Notes: generated by a model from the sequence alone, not told the origin. A stretch of 64,000 nucleotides of DNA from an uncultured Verrucomicrobiota bacterium (GCA_964458325.1 CAYWIM010000001.1:76962-140961); one strand, 5' to 3'; positions 38,976 through 49,712 are shown, counted from the first letter of the stretch. Translations and numbers: made by a program.

Positions 38976-40663
38976 GGCGCGAGGGGTTTTCCCTGGGCGC
39001 CGTCCTGGAGGGCATAGAGGCGCGTCATGGTGGCCAGATAGAGGACCCCGTTGGCCGCGATGGGCGATGCGTTAATGGGCTCGCCGAGCTTGACCTGGCC
39101 GAGAATCCGCATCTCCGGTGCGTCCGCAAAACACCAGACCGTGCCTCGCCGGCTGGCGAAGTAGACCTTGCCGTCGGCGACGAGGGGCGAGGCCCACACT
39201 TCGGCATCCAGGTCGTGGGTCCAATGCGCCTGGCCGGTGCGGGCGTTGACGCAATGGGCCCGGCGGCCGGAATCGGCCACATAGACCCGCTCGTCGTGGA
39301 CGGCGGGGGTGACCATGCAATGATTCTGGAGAGGATACGACCAGACCTCGCCGGTGCGGGTGATGTCGCCGGAGGCTGTGGCGTCGATGCATTTGAGCCA
39401 GGCCTGGTTTTTGCCCCACCAGACATCGCCGCCGAGAGTGACGTAGACGCGGCCGCGGTGGAACACGGGGATGCTCTTGATGTTGCTCGGGCTCTCGCGG
39501 CGATTGCCGGTGAAGCGGTGCACATCGGATTTGGGGGCGTCCGGATCGCCGTCGAACCACCAAACCTTCTGCAGCGTCTGGACCGGCGGGGCAGGGGCGG
39601 CAGCCGATCCCGGGAGCGCGCGGAAGGCGTAGACGACTCCGTCGCCGCCGCCGAAGATCACGAGCTTGCGGCCGTTGACTTCGCCGAGCGCAGGCGACGA
39701 CCATGTGCTGTGGAAAATGACCGGCCCGATCCGCTCATCGTCCCGGGCGAGCCAGCGGCCGGTCAGGGCATCCAGAGCGATCAGGCTGGGCGCATCGGGA
39801 GCGCGGATCTTCCGGTGGGTATTATCGACGCCATTGCAGGTGTTGAAGTAGAGGGTGGAACCGTCGAGCAGGGGAGCGGTGTGGGCGCTGTCGTGAGGAT
39901 AGGACCCGGTTTGCGTCAGCACAGGAAACGTCCAGAGGATGTCGGCGGTGATTTCGTTCACGGGGATGGGCGGGGCGTCGAGGGGCGCCTGGAAGGAGGC
40001 TTCATCGAGGAAGGGGCCATCGTTGCCATTGGACTGGCCATCGAGGTCGAGGCAGAGCATCTCGACGCGATTATCGAGTATGTAGACCCGGCGGCCGTCG
40101 ATGACGGGAGAGCCGACAATTCCCGCCCGCGGCCAATCCTGGTAGATGTCCTTGCTGAGCTTGGGGACGACCAACTGCCAGCGGAAACGCCCATCCTGCT
40201 CGTCGAAGCACATCAGGATGCCGCGGTCGCCGGTGTGCCGGGGATCGCGCGGATTGCCGTTGTTCGTGCCGATCAGGACCCGTCCGCCCGCGACGGCCGG
40301 TGTGGAATGGGTTTCGGTGCCGAGCTCGACCGACCATTTGACGTTTTGTCCGGTCGAGGGATCGAATGTTGAAGGAAGCCCGCGCTCAGGCGAGATCATG
40401 TTCCGGGTGTGGCGTTCGCCCCATTGCGGCTGGTCAGCGGCGGGAACCGCTGGCGGGATTAGCGTCAACACCGCCAGAAGGACAGCCGCGGGATGGCGGC
40501 AACAGTGGGCACGCCGACACGCAGCGTCATCAGTCTCGCCGTGTGAAGGCACGCGGCCTGCACGATGCGGATCGGGTCCACTGATCCGGCATTGCGGACT
40601 GATGGCGCTCGGTCGAGCGCCGCGACTTCGCCCGATGAATCCAGCTTTTCTCACGGGCGGCAC
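38972..40663 (-). CDS. PQQ-like (BamB-like) beta-propeller repeat protein, secreted
   Basis: GTG start at 40663; the true start is uncertain. A hydrophobic signal-like segment (AAVLLAVLTLIPPAVPA) is followed by repeated ...G.VY.....G...C.D..TG...W patterns (GRVYVTLGGDVWW, ERVYVADSGRRAHCVNARTGQAHW, GKVYFASRRGTVWCF, GVLYLATMTRLYAL). Confidence 0.65.
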   Translation of the reverse strand: MPPVRKAGFIGRSRGARPSAISPQCRISGPDPHRAGRVPSHGETDDAACRRAHCCRHPAAVLLAVLTLIPPAVPAADQPQWGERHTRNMISPERGLPSTFDPSTGQNVKWSVELGTETHSTPAVAGGRVLIGTNNGNPRDPRHTGDRGILMCFDEQDGRFRWQLVVPKLSKDIYQDWPRAGIVGSPVIDGRRVYILDNRVEMLCLDLDGQSNGNDGPFLDEASFQAPLDAPPIPVNEITADILWTFPVLTQTGSYPHDSAHTAPLLDGSTLYFNTCNGVDNTHRKIRAPDAPSLIALDALTGRWLARDDERIGPVIFHSTWSSPALGEVNGRKLVIFGGGDGVVYAFRALPGSAAAPAPPVQTLQKVWWFDGDPDAPKSDVHRFTGNRRESPSNIKSIPVFHRGRVYVTLGGDVWWGKNQAWLKCIDATASGDITRTGEVWSYPLQNHCMVTPAVHDERVYVADSGRRAHCVNARTGQAHWTHDLDAEVWASPLVADGKVYFASRRGTVWCFADAPEMRILGQVKLGEPINASPIAANGVLYLATMTRLYALQDGAQGKPLAP

Positions 40664-40819
40664 GGTAGCTCAAGAGCGGCCGCAAGGGAAGCAATACCCG
40701 CGAAACAAAGGTGCGGCGGCAGCGATTGCTTGTCTCGCGGTCCATGGGTTTCGAGGGCGAGCCAAACGGCTCGTTCGCTCGAACCAAACGCTTGAGAAAA
40801 GCAGAAGAGCTTAGGGGCC

Positions 40820-41080
40820 GTCAGGAAATAACCTTTACACTTTGCTGCTGGCCATTGGGCTTGCGGGCGCGGAGCGAGCGACGAGCATACCCGCCAGCGG
40901 TCTGTGAGGAGTGAGCGACAAAGCCCCCAAGCCCAATGGCCGCAGCCCCGCGGGTCGCCGCGGCGTGGGGGCATCTGCTTCGTTGCTCCTCAGTCACAGA
41001 GGTCAAGGCTATGCTCCTTCGTCGCGCCTCGCATCTGCCCCCACGGCGCTGGCGACAAAGTGCAAAGGTTATTTTCTGAC
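40820..41080. repeat. 261-bp nested inverted-repeat (MITE-like or structured RNA) element
   Basis: The terminal 25-nt inverted repeats are gtcaggaaataacctttacactttg (40820-40844) and caaagtgcaaaggttattttctgac (41056-41080), matching at 23 of 25 positions. Inside is a further 14-bp perfect inverted repeat, ggccattgggcttg / caagcccaatggcc, and a second imperfect one, cgtgggggca / tgcccccacg. Confidence 0.6.
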
Positions 41081-41086
41081 GACCCC

Positions 41087-42136
41087 TTATCTGCGCCGCC
41101 GGGCGCGGGCGAACAGGGCGATGAGGCCGCCGGCGAACAACGTGACGATGGCCGGTTCGGGAACGGTCATCGCCATAAGGCCGTTGTTGCTGTCGAGGGC
41201 GTAAACGACATTGCCAAAGAAGTCGACGGCGCCGGTGCCATTCCCGTTGGCGTTATCGACGGGGAACGGCTCGGAGTCGAGCGGGGCGTTGAGGACGGCT
41301 TCCGAGAGGGTGTTCAAGTCGTAGAGGTCGAGCGTGTCCGGCAAGGGCGAGGTATTGAGGGTGATGCCCGCCAGGAGGTTGGCCCCGGGATCGACGCCGA
41401 TGAGAGTGAGGGCGCCGGGCAGCACGGCGGTGCTGTATTGGGCCACGGTCAAGCCAGTATCGAGGTCAATCTGGCGCAGCAACCGCGCGGACGCTGTCCC
41501 GAAAAACGTGTTGCCAGCGCCAAAGGCCAAACCCAATCCCAAATCGCCCGCTGTTGCGTCGGTCTGAAGCGGCGTGGCGGTGAACGAGGCGCCATCGGTC
41601 TTGATGGACGCCACGATGGTTCCGCTGCGAGAGGCCGCGAGGATATGGACATCGTTGCCTGCGCCCCGGACATCGAGGGTGTCGCCGAAGCGGCGGTTGG
41701 CGGCCGTGGGATTGCCGCCGCTGGGGTCGCCGGAATAGACCAGCTCGGGAGCTGCGCTTTCATTGGCCCAGCGATACAGCTTGAACTGGTTGGTGCCGAT
41801 AGAATCCGTCGTGAGGTTGGCGCCATAGATGACGCCATCGGAGCCTGCGGATATCATGTTCAGGGCGAACGTGCCGCCACTAATGCCCGTGATGTTCATC
41901 GTGCCAACATCCGCTCCCGTTGTTCCATCGACCACATTCACACTTGTGGCGCGGTTGGCGATGAGGACGTGCCCGGTGGCCGGGTTATAGGTCATGCCGC
42001 GCTGGATGTTGTCTGTGGTCAGGTAGGTGCGGTCGCCCGGCTTGAGGATCCAGAGGGATTCCAGGCTCTGCGCCTGGGAATAGGCGGCTGCCACGGCCAG
42101 GGTGATGACGGCAAGCAGGAGAGCAGATGTCTTCAT
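41087..42136 (-). CDS. Secreted PEP-CTERM-anchored protein
   Basis: The ATG at 42136 lies inside the longer ORF. It has a signal peptide (MKTSALLLAVITLAVAAAYSQA) and a C-terminal VPEPAIVTLFAGGLIALFARARRRR, which is a PEP-CTERM sorting signal. Confidence 0.7.
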   Translation of the reverse strand: MKTSALLLAVITLAVAAAYSQAQSLESLWILKPGDRTYLTTDNIQRGMTYNPATGHVLIANRATSVNVVDGTTGADVGTMNITGISGGTFALNMISAGSDGVIYGANLTTDSIGTNQFKLYRWANESAAPELVYSGDPSGGNPTAANRRFGDTLDVRGAGNDVHILAASRSGTIVASIKTDGASFTATPLQTDATAGDLGLGLAFGAGNTFFGTASARLLRQIDLDTGLTVAQYSTAVLPGALTLIGVDPGANLLAGITLNTSPLPDTLDLYDLNTLSEAVLNAPLDSEPFPVDNANGNGTGAVDFFGNVVYALDSNNGLMAMTVPEPAIVTLFAGGLIALFARARRRR

Positions 42137-42253
42137 AGCCAAAGCGCACTGAATGATCATGGTCGCTGTCGAGTCTGGGCGATATTGACCATAAAGCGGC
42201 TGCGGCGTCAATGCCCCATTGTCATTGGGGATGGATTGGGGCATTATGGCGCC

Positions 42254-43111
42254 ATGCGAACGGTGAAGTCGTGCGCCGGGATGCAGCGACTGGCGCGCCA
42301 GTGGCAACGGGCTGGCGTGCCCGTGGCGCTGGTGCCCACGATGGGTTTCCTGCATGCAGGGCATATCAGCCTCATCCACCGGGCCCGCCGCGCCGTGGGG
42401 CGCCGCGGGCGCGTGGTCGTGAGCATCTATGTCAATCCGACCCAGTTCGCGCCGACGGAGGATCTGAAGCGGTATCCGCGGGACCGGGAGGGGGACTTGC
42501 GCCAATGCCGGTCGGCGGGCGCGGATGCGGTGTTTCTGCCTTCAGATGCGGAGATGTATCCGGCCGGCTTCAGCACGTATGTCGAGGAGCAGGCATTGTC
42601 GCGCGGGATGGAAGGGGCGTCGAGGCCCACCCATTTTCGAGGGGTCACCACGGTGGTGGCGAAGCTGTTTCTGCTGACGCAGCCGGGGGTGGCGGTGTTT
42701 GGCGCCAAGGATTGCCAGCAAGCGGCGGTGGTGCGGCGGATGGCGCGGGACCTGAATTTTCCGGTGCGGATCGTGGTGGCGGAGACCCTTCGGGAGGAGG
42801 ACGGTCTGGCGATGAGCTCGCGCAACCATTATCTCTCGCCGGCGCAGCGGGCCCAGGCCACCGTGCTGTGGCGGATGCTCGAGGAGGCGCGCCGGCAGGT
42901 CCGGGCGGCACGCCAACCGCTATCGGCGGCCCAGCTGAGGCGGCGGCTGCAAGGCCTGCTTCGGCAAGCGCCTGAGGCGCGGATGGACTACATCGAGTTC
43001 TTCCAGCCTGACACATTGGCGCCGGTGCGGCGGGTGCGCCGGGGGGATCACATGGCGCTGGCCGTCTGGATCGGGCCAACCCGGCTGATCGACAACGCAA
43101 CATTGGAATGA
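42254..43111 (+). CDS. panC: Pantoate--beta-alanine ligase
   Basis: The ATG at 42254 lies inside ORF 40904..43111. Blocks are [41 protein letters not shown] and GLAMSSRN. Confidence 0.9.
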   Translation: MRTVKSCAGMQRLARQWQRAGVPVALVPTMGFLHAGHISLIHRARRAVGRRGRVVVSIYVNPTQFAPTEDLKRYPRDREGDLRQCRSAGADAVFLPSDAEMYPAGFSTYVEEQALSRGMEGASRPTHFRGVTTVVAKLFLLTQPGVAVFGAKDCQQAAVVRRMARDLNFPVRIVVAETLREEDGLAMSSRNHYLSPAQRAQATVLWRMLEEARRQVRAARQPLSAAQLRRRLQGLLRQAPEARMDYIEFFQPDTLAPVRRVRRGDHMALAVWIGPTRLIDNATLE

Positions 43112-43115
43112 GGTT

Positions 43116-44738
43116 ATGGATAGCGAGACACGCACATGCGATTTCCTGGTGATGGGCAGCGGCATCGCGGGGCTGTTTTTTGCGCTGCACGCCGCCGAAC
43201 ACGGGCGGGTCGTCGTGGTCACGAAGAAGCAAAGCGCCGAATCGAGCACGAACCATGCCCAGGGCGGCATCGCCGCCGTCACGTCGAAGGAGGATTCGTT
43301 TGCGATGCACGTGCGCGACACCCTCGAAGCGGGGGCGGGGCTGTGCCGCGAGGAGGTCGTGCGCACGATTGTCGAGGAAGGGCCGGCGCGGATCGCCGAG
43401 CTGATCGATCTGGGGATGCGGTTCACCGAGCGCGAGATCCCGAACGAGCCGGGCCGGCGCGAGCTGGATTTAGGCCGGGAGGGCGGGCACTCGAAGCGGC
43501 GCATCCTGCATGCCCAGGACATGACCGGCCGCGAAATCGAGCGCGCTCTGCTGGCCGCCGCATCGAGACGGCCGAACATCCAGATCCTGGAAAACCATTG
43601 TGCTATCGACTTGATCACCAGCCAGAAGCTGGGGAAAAGCGGGCCAAACCGATGCATCGGCGCGTATGTGTTGGACGTGATGGGGGGCCGTGTGCTGACG
43701 TATTCGGCGCCAGTGGTGGTGCTGGCCACGGGCGGATGCGGCAAGGTCTATCTGTACACCACCAATCCCGACATTGCCGCCGGGGACGGCCTGGCGATGG
43801 CGTATCGGGCGGGGGCAGGGGTGGCGAACATGGAGTTCATCCAGTTTCATCCGACCTGCCTCTACCATCCTCGGGCCAAGTCGTTCCTGATCAGCGAGGC
43901 GGTGCGCGGGGAAGGGGCGGTGCTTCGGACGATCGGAGGCGAGGAGTTCATGGACCGGTATCACCCCTTGAAATCGCTGGCGCCGCGAGACATCGTGGCG
44001 CGCGCCATCGACAGCGAGATGAAACGGACGGGGGCGGACCACGTGTATCTGGACATCACCCACAAGCCGGCTCGGTTCATCATGCAGCGGTTTCCGAACA
44101 TCTACTCGCGATGCCTGGAGCTGGGGATCGACATCACCAAGGAGCTGATTCCAGTGGTCCCGGCGGCGCATTACCAGTGCGGGGGAGTGGTGACGGATGT
44201 GAATGGCGTGACGGAGATTGCGGGGCTGTATGCGATTGGAGAGGTCGCGTGCACGGGGCTGCATGGCGCCAATCGGCTGGCGAGCAACTCCCTGCTCGAG
44301 GCCCTGGTGTGCGCATCAAGAGCGGCGCGCCACAGCCGGGAGCACCGGCAAGCTGCGCTGGGCGAGCCGCTGCCGCCGTGGCAGTCCAGCCAGGCCCATA
44401 ATCCGGACGAAGCCGTGGTCGTGGCCCACAACTGGGACGAGCTGCGGCGCGCCATGTGGGATTACGTGGGCATCGTGCGGACCAACAAGCGCCTCGAGCG
44501 GGCCCGGAAACGCATCGGCAATCTCCAGGAGGAGATCCAGGAGTATTACTGGGACTTCATTGTGACGCGGGACCTGCTGGAGCTGCGGAATCTGGCGGTC
44601 GTGGCGCAATGCATCATCGATTGCGCCTTGGGGCGTCCGGAGAGCCGGGGCCTCCATTACAACCTGGATTTTCCCAATCCCGATCCCGCCTGGGCCCAGC
44701 GCGACAGCGTCATTCACAAAGACTCGCGGGGCGGATGA
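43116..44738 (+). CDS. nadB: L-aspartate oxidase
   Basis: 540 aa with [37 protein letters not shown] and [12 protein letters not shown]. Confidence 0.9.
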   Translation: MDSETRTCDFLVMGSGIAGLFFALHAAEHGRVVVVTKKQSAESSTNHAQGGIAAVTSKEDSFAMHVRDTLEAGAGLCREEVVRTIVEEGPARIAELIDLGMRFTEREIPNEPGRRELDLGREGGHSKRRILHAQDMTGREIERALLAAASRRPNIQILENHCAIDLITSQKLGKSGPNRCIGAYVLDVMGGRVLTYSAPVVVLATGGCGKVYLYTTNPDIAAGDGLAMAYRAGAGVANMEFIQFHPTCLYHPRAKSFLISEAVRGEGAVLRTIGGEEFMDRYHPLKSLAPRDIVARAIDSEMKRTGADHVYLDITHKPARFIMQRFPNIYSRCLELGIDITKELIPVVPAAHYQCGGVVTDVNGVTEIAGLYAIGEVACTGLHGANRLASNSLLEALVCASRAARHSREHRQAALGEPLPPWQSSQAHNPDEAVVVAHNWDELRRAMWDYVGIVRTNKRLERARKRIGNLQEEIQEYYWDFIVTRDLLELRNLAVVAQCIIDCALGRPESRGLHYNLDFPNPDPAWAQRDSVIHKDSRGG

Positions 44739-46099
44739 GCCATCGGGATCCCCATGCGGAGTCGGCAGGGGACCAGTACCCACCCGGGCTGGCCAATATC
44801 TACCTCTTTGCCGTTTTCAACGCGCTTTCGTTTCAGATGGTGCTGGGCAACCCGATGATTCTCTATGCGCGGAACCTGGGGGCAAGCGCCACCGTGCTGG
44901 GGATTATCGCCGGGATGATGCCGCTCCTGGTGATCTTCCAGATCCCGGCGGCTCGCCACGTCGGGCGATTGGGCTACAAGCGGTTCGTCTTCGCGGGCTG
45001 GGGGATGCGGGTGATGTTTATCGGGTGGATGGCCTTGTTGCCGCTGACGGGGATTTTCTTGACGCCGACGACGCGGCTGGCGCTGCTGCTGATGCTGCTG
45101 TTCGGCTTCAACCTGTCGCGGGGGATCTCGAGCTGCGCGTGGCTGCCGTGGATCACCTCGCTGGTGCCGGGCTCGCTTCGGGGGGGGTATCTGGCGCGCG
45201 AGAGCGCCTGCGTGAATGTGTCGAGCGCGGTGGCATTTGTATTTGCCGCGTTCTGTCTGGGGGCGCAGCCGAACCCCTGGCAGTTCAGCGTGGTGTTCGC
45301 CTTCAGTGCGGTGATGGGGATGGCGAGCCTGGTTTTTCTGAAGCGGATCCCCGAGGGGGGCACCCCCGACGAGGTGGCGGCGTCGTCGACGGCCGTTCCG
45401 TGGCGCGCGCTGGCGGGCCATCGCCCATTCCGAAGGCTGTTGCGGCTGAACGTGGCGTGGTCGGCGGCGTATGGGGGATTGACGGCGTTCATCGTGGCGT
45501 ATCTGAAGACCGAGGCGGGTCTGGATGAGCGATCGATCCTGCTGTTCACGGCGGCGATGTTTCTCGGCGGTCTGGGAGGGCTGGCGTGGTTCGGGCCGCA
45601 GCTGGACCGGGTGGGGAGCAAGCCGGTGTTGGGGGTGGCGTTTGGCTTTTGGCTGGCGATCATGGGCGGCTGGGCGCTTCTGTCAGGCCGGGCCTTCGAG
45701 CTGCGCTGGAGCGCGGTCGTCACCCTGCAATTGCTGATGGGGTTCGCGATCGCCGTGGTGAACATGGCGAACCTGCGCCTGGCGATGTCGGTGATCCCGG
45801 CGATGGGGCGGAGCCATTTCTTCGCCCTGTTTTCCGTGGTGGGCAACCTGACCCAGGGCGTGGCGCCGGTGCTCTGGGGATTGCTGATCGACGCGATGGG
45901 CAGCCGGCGGTTCCCTCTGGCGGGGATCGAGATCAACCGGTTCAGCGTCTTTTTCCTGGTGGTGTGGGGCGTGTTCGGCGTCGCGCTGGTCTTGAGCCGT
46001 TGGCTCGAGGAGCCCGCGGCGCGCCCGATGGACGAGCTGCTGCGGGATCTGATGCGATCCCCCATTCGCGCATGGCTCCGGATCTGGCCCCGGTCCTGA
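44735..46099 (+). CDS. MFS transporter
   Basis: The ATG at 44735 overlaps the nadB stop (ATGA). It is about 454 aa with about 12 hydrophobic segments and an MFS-like loop ([11 protein letters not shown]). Confidence 0.75.
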   Translation: MSHRDPHAESAGDQYPPGLANIYLFAVFNALSFQMVLGNPMILYARNLGASATVLGIIAGMMPLLVIFQIPAARHVGRLGYKRFVFAGWGMRVMFIGWMALLPLTGIFLTPTTRLALLLMLLFGFNLSRGISSCAWLPWITSLVPGSLRGGYLARESACVNVSSAVAFVFAAFCLGAQPNPWQFSVVFAFSAVMGMASLVFLKRIPEGGTPDEVAASSTAVPWRALAGHRPFRRLLRLNVAWSAAYGGLTAFIVAYLKTEAGLDERSILLFTAAMFLGGLGGLAWFGPQLDRVGSKPVLGVAFGFWLAIMGGWALLSGRAFELRWSAVVTLQLLMGFAIAVVNMANLRLAMSVIPAMGRSHFFALFSVVGNLTQGVAPVLWGLLIDAMGSRRFPLAGIEINRFSVFFLVVWGVFGVALVLSRWLEEPAARPMDELLRDLMRSPIRAWLRIWPRS

Positions 46100-46243
46100 T
46101 GGCGGGTGAATCAACGCGCATGCCGGCAACAGCATGGGGCAGAATCTTGCGGCGTGTCCAGCGGACTGCGGGTCCCCCACCCCCGGCTTTCGCATGACAT
46201 GGGTGTAGATCTGCATGGCCCCCTATTTACCCCCATTGGTCCC

Positions 46244-48298
46244 TCACTCCGCGATTTTAGTCTGCCGGAACCCGATCACACTGAAGCTCGCCAGTGCCAG
46301 CAGAACGCAAGCCGCGATGATCATGTCGTACGTCGATGGATCCAACCAGCCGCCCAGGCCAAAAAAGGCGTACAAGACGGGTTCCGAACGAACCGATTTC
46401 CTTCCCAGCACCAGCGCGACGATCGCCAGCAGCCACGGACTTGCCGCTGACAGACCCATCCAAATTCTGGGCGTCAACGCCGCGCAACGGCCGCCGCGGC
46501 GCATCCAACCCAAACCGAGGCACACCATCCCGATCAACGCCGTCAGGCCGATGAGCCCGTTGTATCCGAACGGATACAGCCAGCCGCCAATGCCGAAGAA
46601 CGTGTACATGAGCGGCTGAGTTCGGGCAACGCTCCTGCCCAGCAGAAGGATGATCGCCAGCAGAATCCAGGCGCTTCCCAGTGCAAATGTCCAGGCCGTT
46701 GCCATCGTGCCACCCATCCCGGATGCCGTCTGCCGAGCGCGATTGGCGGATCCCCTTTGAATGTCCGACTGCCGGGTTGCGGCAGCGCGCGATGCCAGCA
46801 ATTCGGCCTCCGTGGCTGGCTTCCTCAGAGCGAGCCGAATCACCACGCCCAGGAACAGCCCAACGGCAAACGCAACCCCGAAACCCGCCATCATCACCCC
46901 AAGGTGCACTCCCACCGGAGCCATCACTTCAGCCGCCAAGCGCACCATGGCAATGCCGGCCACGATCAGCAGCATCCCCGCAAGAAAGGTGTGATTCCAC
47001 TGGATACGCCATTGCCCGTTTTGGAGTTCCACCAGGGCCAAAGCGGTCCCCGGGATCCGGCAGCGCCCCACGCCTTCGAAACGGAGATGGGGATCCCTGA
47101 AGTCGCGGATGCTTTCCACGTCGGTCTTCACCTGGCTGACATGCTGATACCGGCGGTCCGGCTCCTTCTCCAGCGCGTGCAACACCACATCGTCCAGGCG
47201 AACGTCCACCTGGACTTTTTTCGAAGGCGGCTGGAACTTGCCAATCGGCAGCTCGCCGGTGAGCATCTCGTATAGGACGACTCCCAGCGAGTAAATGTCC
47301 GCCCGGTGATCCACAAGGCGGGGCTGCTCGACCTGCTCGGGCGCCATGTAATGCGGCGTGCCAATGACCGATCGTTCCTCCGTCAGACCTGGCCGCGGCT
47401 CACCCGTGTCCATCAGCTTCGCGATCCCGAAATCGGCGATCTTCACCTGCCCCGATGCGTCCAGCAGCACGTTCTCGGGTTTGATGTCGCGGTGGACGAC
47501 GCCCTGTTCGTGGGCAAACTCGAGCGCCGCGCAGATCGACGGGACAATCGCCAAGGCCGCCTCCGGCGTCAGACGTTCCGTCTGCATCAGCTGCCGCAGC
47601 GTCGAACCATCCACATACTCCATCAGAAGATAGTACATCCCATCCGCTTCGCCGAAATCGTGCACGGCAACGATGTTCGGATGGCTGAGCCGCGCCAGGG
47701 CCTGGGCTTCCCGTTCGAAACGCTCGGCGAATTTCGGATCCGCCCCTTTCTCTGGCGATAGAATCTTCAGTGCCACCAGCCGGTTCAGTCTCGGCTGCCG
47801 CGCCTTGTACACCACGCCCATTCCGCCCTGGCCCAGCCGCTCCAGAATCTCGAGCTGCGGAAACCGGCGCGCCACCTCCGCTTCGAGCGGCCGCGCCATT
47901 CCCTGCGTCCCGTGCGGGCCGTGCGCCGGCGCCGCCTCCGTCTCCGAGGCAAGCCCGGCACCCAACACGCAGCGCGGACAGAGGCCCTGGGGCGCGCAAG
48001 CCGGCAGCGGAGATCCGCACCGCGCGCAAACCGCTCCCGGCGCCGGCCCCTCCCGTTCGGGCAACGCGGATCCGGCGGACGACATGGCCGGACGTGGCGA
48101 TTCGTTTCGCGAGCGCATCAGCCATAGGGCCAGGGCGACAACGCCCACCGCCGCTCCCGCCAGGAGCAGCAGGACCAGCAGAACCGCCAATATCTCCGGA
48201 ATCCCCACCATCGCAGTCATAGGATCTCTCATACACCCCGTACTACCGGAACCGGCGTGCATCGTTACACTCGAACGCCGAGGGAAAGCCGTTCCCAT
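46244..48298 (-). CDS. Membrane Ser/Thr protein kinase with N-terminal TM + zinc-ribbon-like CxxC pair and C-terminal multi-TM domain
   Basis: It has GQGGMGVVYKA, VALK, HRDIKPENVLL, DFGIAK and GTPHYMAPE, plus CARCGSPL...CPRC upstream of the kinase domain. The C-terminal TM region contains an internal duplication. Confidence 0.8.
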   Translation of the reverse strand: MGTAFPRRSSVTMHAGSGSTGCMRDPMTAMVGIPEILAVLLVLLLLAGAAVGVVALALWLMRSRNESPRPAMSSAGSALPEREGPAPGAVCARCGSPLPACAPQGLCPRCVLGAGLASETEAAPAHGPHGTQGMARPLEAEVARRFPQLEILERLGQGGMGVVYKARQPRLNRLVALKILSPEKGADPKFAERFEREAQALARLSHPNIVAVHDFGEADGMYYLLMEYVDGSTLRQLMQTERLTPEAALAIVPSICAALEFAHEQGVVHRDIKPENVLLDASGQVKIADFGIAKLMDTGEPRPGLTEERSVIGTPHYMAPEQVEQPRLVDHRADIYSLGVVLYEMLTGELPIGKFQPPSKKVQVDVRLDDVVLHALEKEPDRRYQHVSQVKTDVESIRDFRDPHLRFEGVGRCRIPGTALALVELQNGQWRIQWNHTFLAGMLLIVAGIAMVRLAAEVMAPVGVHLGVMMAGFGVAFAVGLFLGVVIRLALRKPATEAELLASRAAATRQSDIQRGSANRARQTASGMGGTMATAWTFALGSAWILLAIILLLGRSVARTQPLMYTFFGIGGWLYPFGYNGLIGLTALIGMVCLGLGWMRRGGRCAALTPRIWMGLSAASPWLLAIVALVLGRKSVRSEPVLYAFFGLGGWLDPSTYDMIIAACVLLALASFSVIGFRQTKIAE

Positions 48299-48334
48299 TC
48301 AGTCCAGGCTTCCACCGGCCGCGTCGAACCGAGT

Positions 48335-49105
48335 TCATCCACCCAGCGCCGCAAACAGGGTCCGAATCTCTTCTTCCACCTCGCCCGGCCCTGGCACCGT
48401 GCGGCCGATTTCCTCCCGCAACAGCTCCCGATAACGCTTCCGCATTCGGTGCGCCGCCACCCTTGCCGCTCCCTCGCTCAGGCCCAGTTGCCGTCCCAAA
48501 TCCCGATACGAATCCCCCGGATGCCCGCCCGACAGGGTGCCTTTGAGCACCCCATACAGATCTTCGCGCCCCGAATCGGCATACTCTTTGCGCAGGCAGC
48601 CCAGGACGAGATCCAACAACGCATAAGCCCATTGGCGGTCATACGCGCGGTCCGGGGTGTCATCCGGCGAGACCGCCTCCATGCACCGGGTCTCCGCCGT
48701 CTCCAGGTCCAGCGAGGCCATCGACGCTCTCCCTCCGCGCTTCCGTGCCCTGGCTTTCTCCCATTCGTGCCCGAGGAAATGCTTCATCGAGGCGAGCAAA
48801 AACGAACGAAACCGGCCCCGCTCCGGGTCGGCTTTGGCGATGGCTCTTTGTTCCAGCAGCCGGGCGAAGAACTCCTGGGTGAGGTCCTGCGCGTCCTGCG
48901 GCGCATAACCCAGCCGGCGAACAAAGGAATAGAGCGGCGGCCAATAATCTCGACACAACTGTTCGAGTGCGGCTTGCGCGCGCAAACTGTCATCCGCTTG
49001 CGCCGCGAGCACTTCCGTCCACTTGGTCGTCACAAAATCCAGCCGAGCCTTCGATTCTCCAGAATCAGATGATGTCGGAGACGGATCCGGCGGGCAGTTG
49101 GTCAC
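48335..49105 (-). CDS. ECF-type RNA polymerase sigma factor (kinase-associated PVC type)
   Basis: GTG start at 49105. Blocks are TTKWTEVL...LCRDYWPPLYSFVRRLGY..QDAQDLTQEFFARLLE...GRFRSFLLASMKHFL and a region-4-like LGRQLGLSEGAARVAAHRMRKRYRELL. Confidence 0.8.
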   Translation of the reverse strand: MTNCPPDPSPTSSDSGESKARLDFVTTKWTEVLAAQADDSLRAQAALEQLCRDYWPPLYSFVRRLGYAPQDAQDLTQEFFARLLEQRAIAKADPERGRFRSFLLASMKHFLGHEWEKARARKRGGRASMASLDLETAETRCMEAVSPDDTPDRAYDRQWAYALLDLVLGCLRKEYADSGREDLYGVLKGTLSGGHPGDSYRDLGRQLGLSEGAARVAAHRMRKRYRELLREEIGRTVPGPGEVEEEIRTLFAALGG

Positions 49106-49169
49106 GCTTTGATCCTACCCCGTCCCGATCTCCGCGCAAGCACCCGATGTGGAGGCAATGAGGCCATCT

Positions 49170-49712
49170 TCATGATTTTCTCAACACATCGACGTAGTCC
49201 GGCCGCTGCTGACGTTCATCGCGCCGTTGGCAAGGCAATCCCGGCCGCTCATCAGCTGGCCGCGCGTGGGCGTGCACATCGGCGCCACATGAAAATTCCT
49301 CGCCATAGCTGAACATCGTGACACGCGCCCGCGGCTGGGGCCCCTCGGTTCTGCCGCATTCGAATCGGACGGGCGAGACGCCGCGCGCGATGGCCGGCCA
49401 ATCCCCGCGAGGGGCGATCGCTCCCAGCAACTCGCCCTTGGGCCCATACGCCTGGCAATCCTCGAGCCCGTTGCACTCGATCCAGTTCCCCGAGGGCAAA
49501 TCGACCGGGAAGAGGATGGCTTTTCCCGCCACCGTGATTTTTGGCGATCGGAGGATGGCCGGCGCCATCGGGAGGGCCCGGATCGGGCCGAGCTGAATCC
49601 GTGTCTGGCGGCCGGGCGCGATGTTTTGCAGCCACACGCTGACCGATTCTACGGCATCGAAATGGATCGTCTCGCGATAGACATTGTAAAGGCTCTTCCG
49701 GTCGTTCCACAC
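49170..49712 (-). CDS. Hypothetical protein, possibly a C-terminal fragment of a larger gene
   Basis: The ORF has plausible globular sequence up to ...RVTMFSYGEEF and then low-quality sequence that overlaps the sulfatase relic in another frame. I recognised no family. Confidence 0.3.
   Translation of the reverse strand: MWNDRKSLYNVYRETIHFDAVESVSVWLQNIAPGRQTRIQLGPIRALPMAPAILRSPKITVAGKAILFPVDLPSGNWIECNGLEDCQAYGPKGELLGAIAPRGDWPAIARGVSPVRFECGRTEGPQPRARVTMFSYGEEFSCGADVHAHARPADERPGLPCQRRDERQQRPDYVDVLRKS
49181..49303 (-). pseudogene. Relic of a sulfatase N-terminal active-site region
   Basis: Frame 49181..49447 reads ARNFHVAPMCTPTRGQLMSGRDCLANGAMNVSSGRT, that is the C-x-P-x-R sulfatase signature with flanks, and then stops. 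No signal peptide precedes it and no remainder of the sulfatase fold follows. Confidence 0.4.

Noticed and set aside
40904-42253. N-terminal 450 codons of ORF 40904..43111 upstream of panC
   Set aside because: It is antisense to the PEP-CTERM protein gene and runs across the inverted-repeat element. The PanC homology starts at the ATG at 42254.
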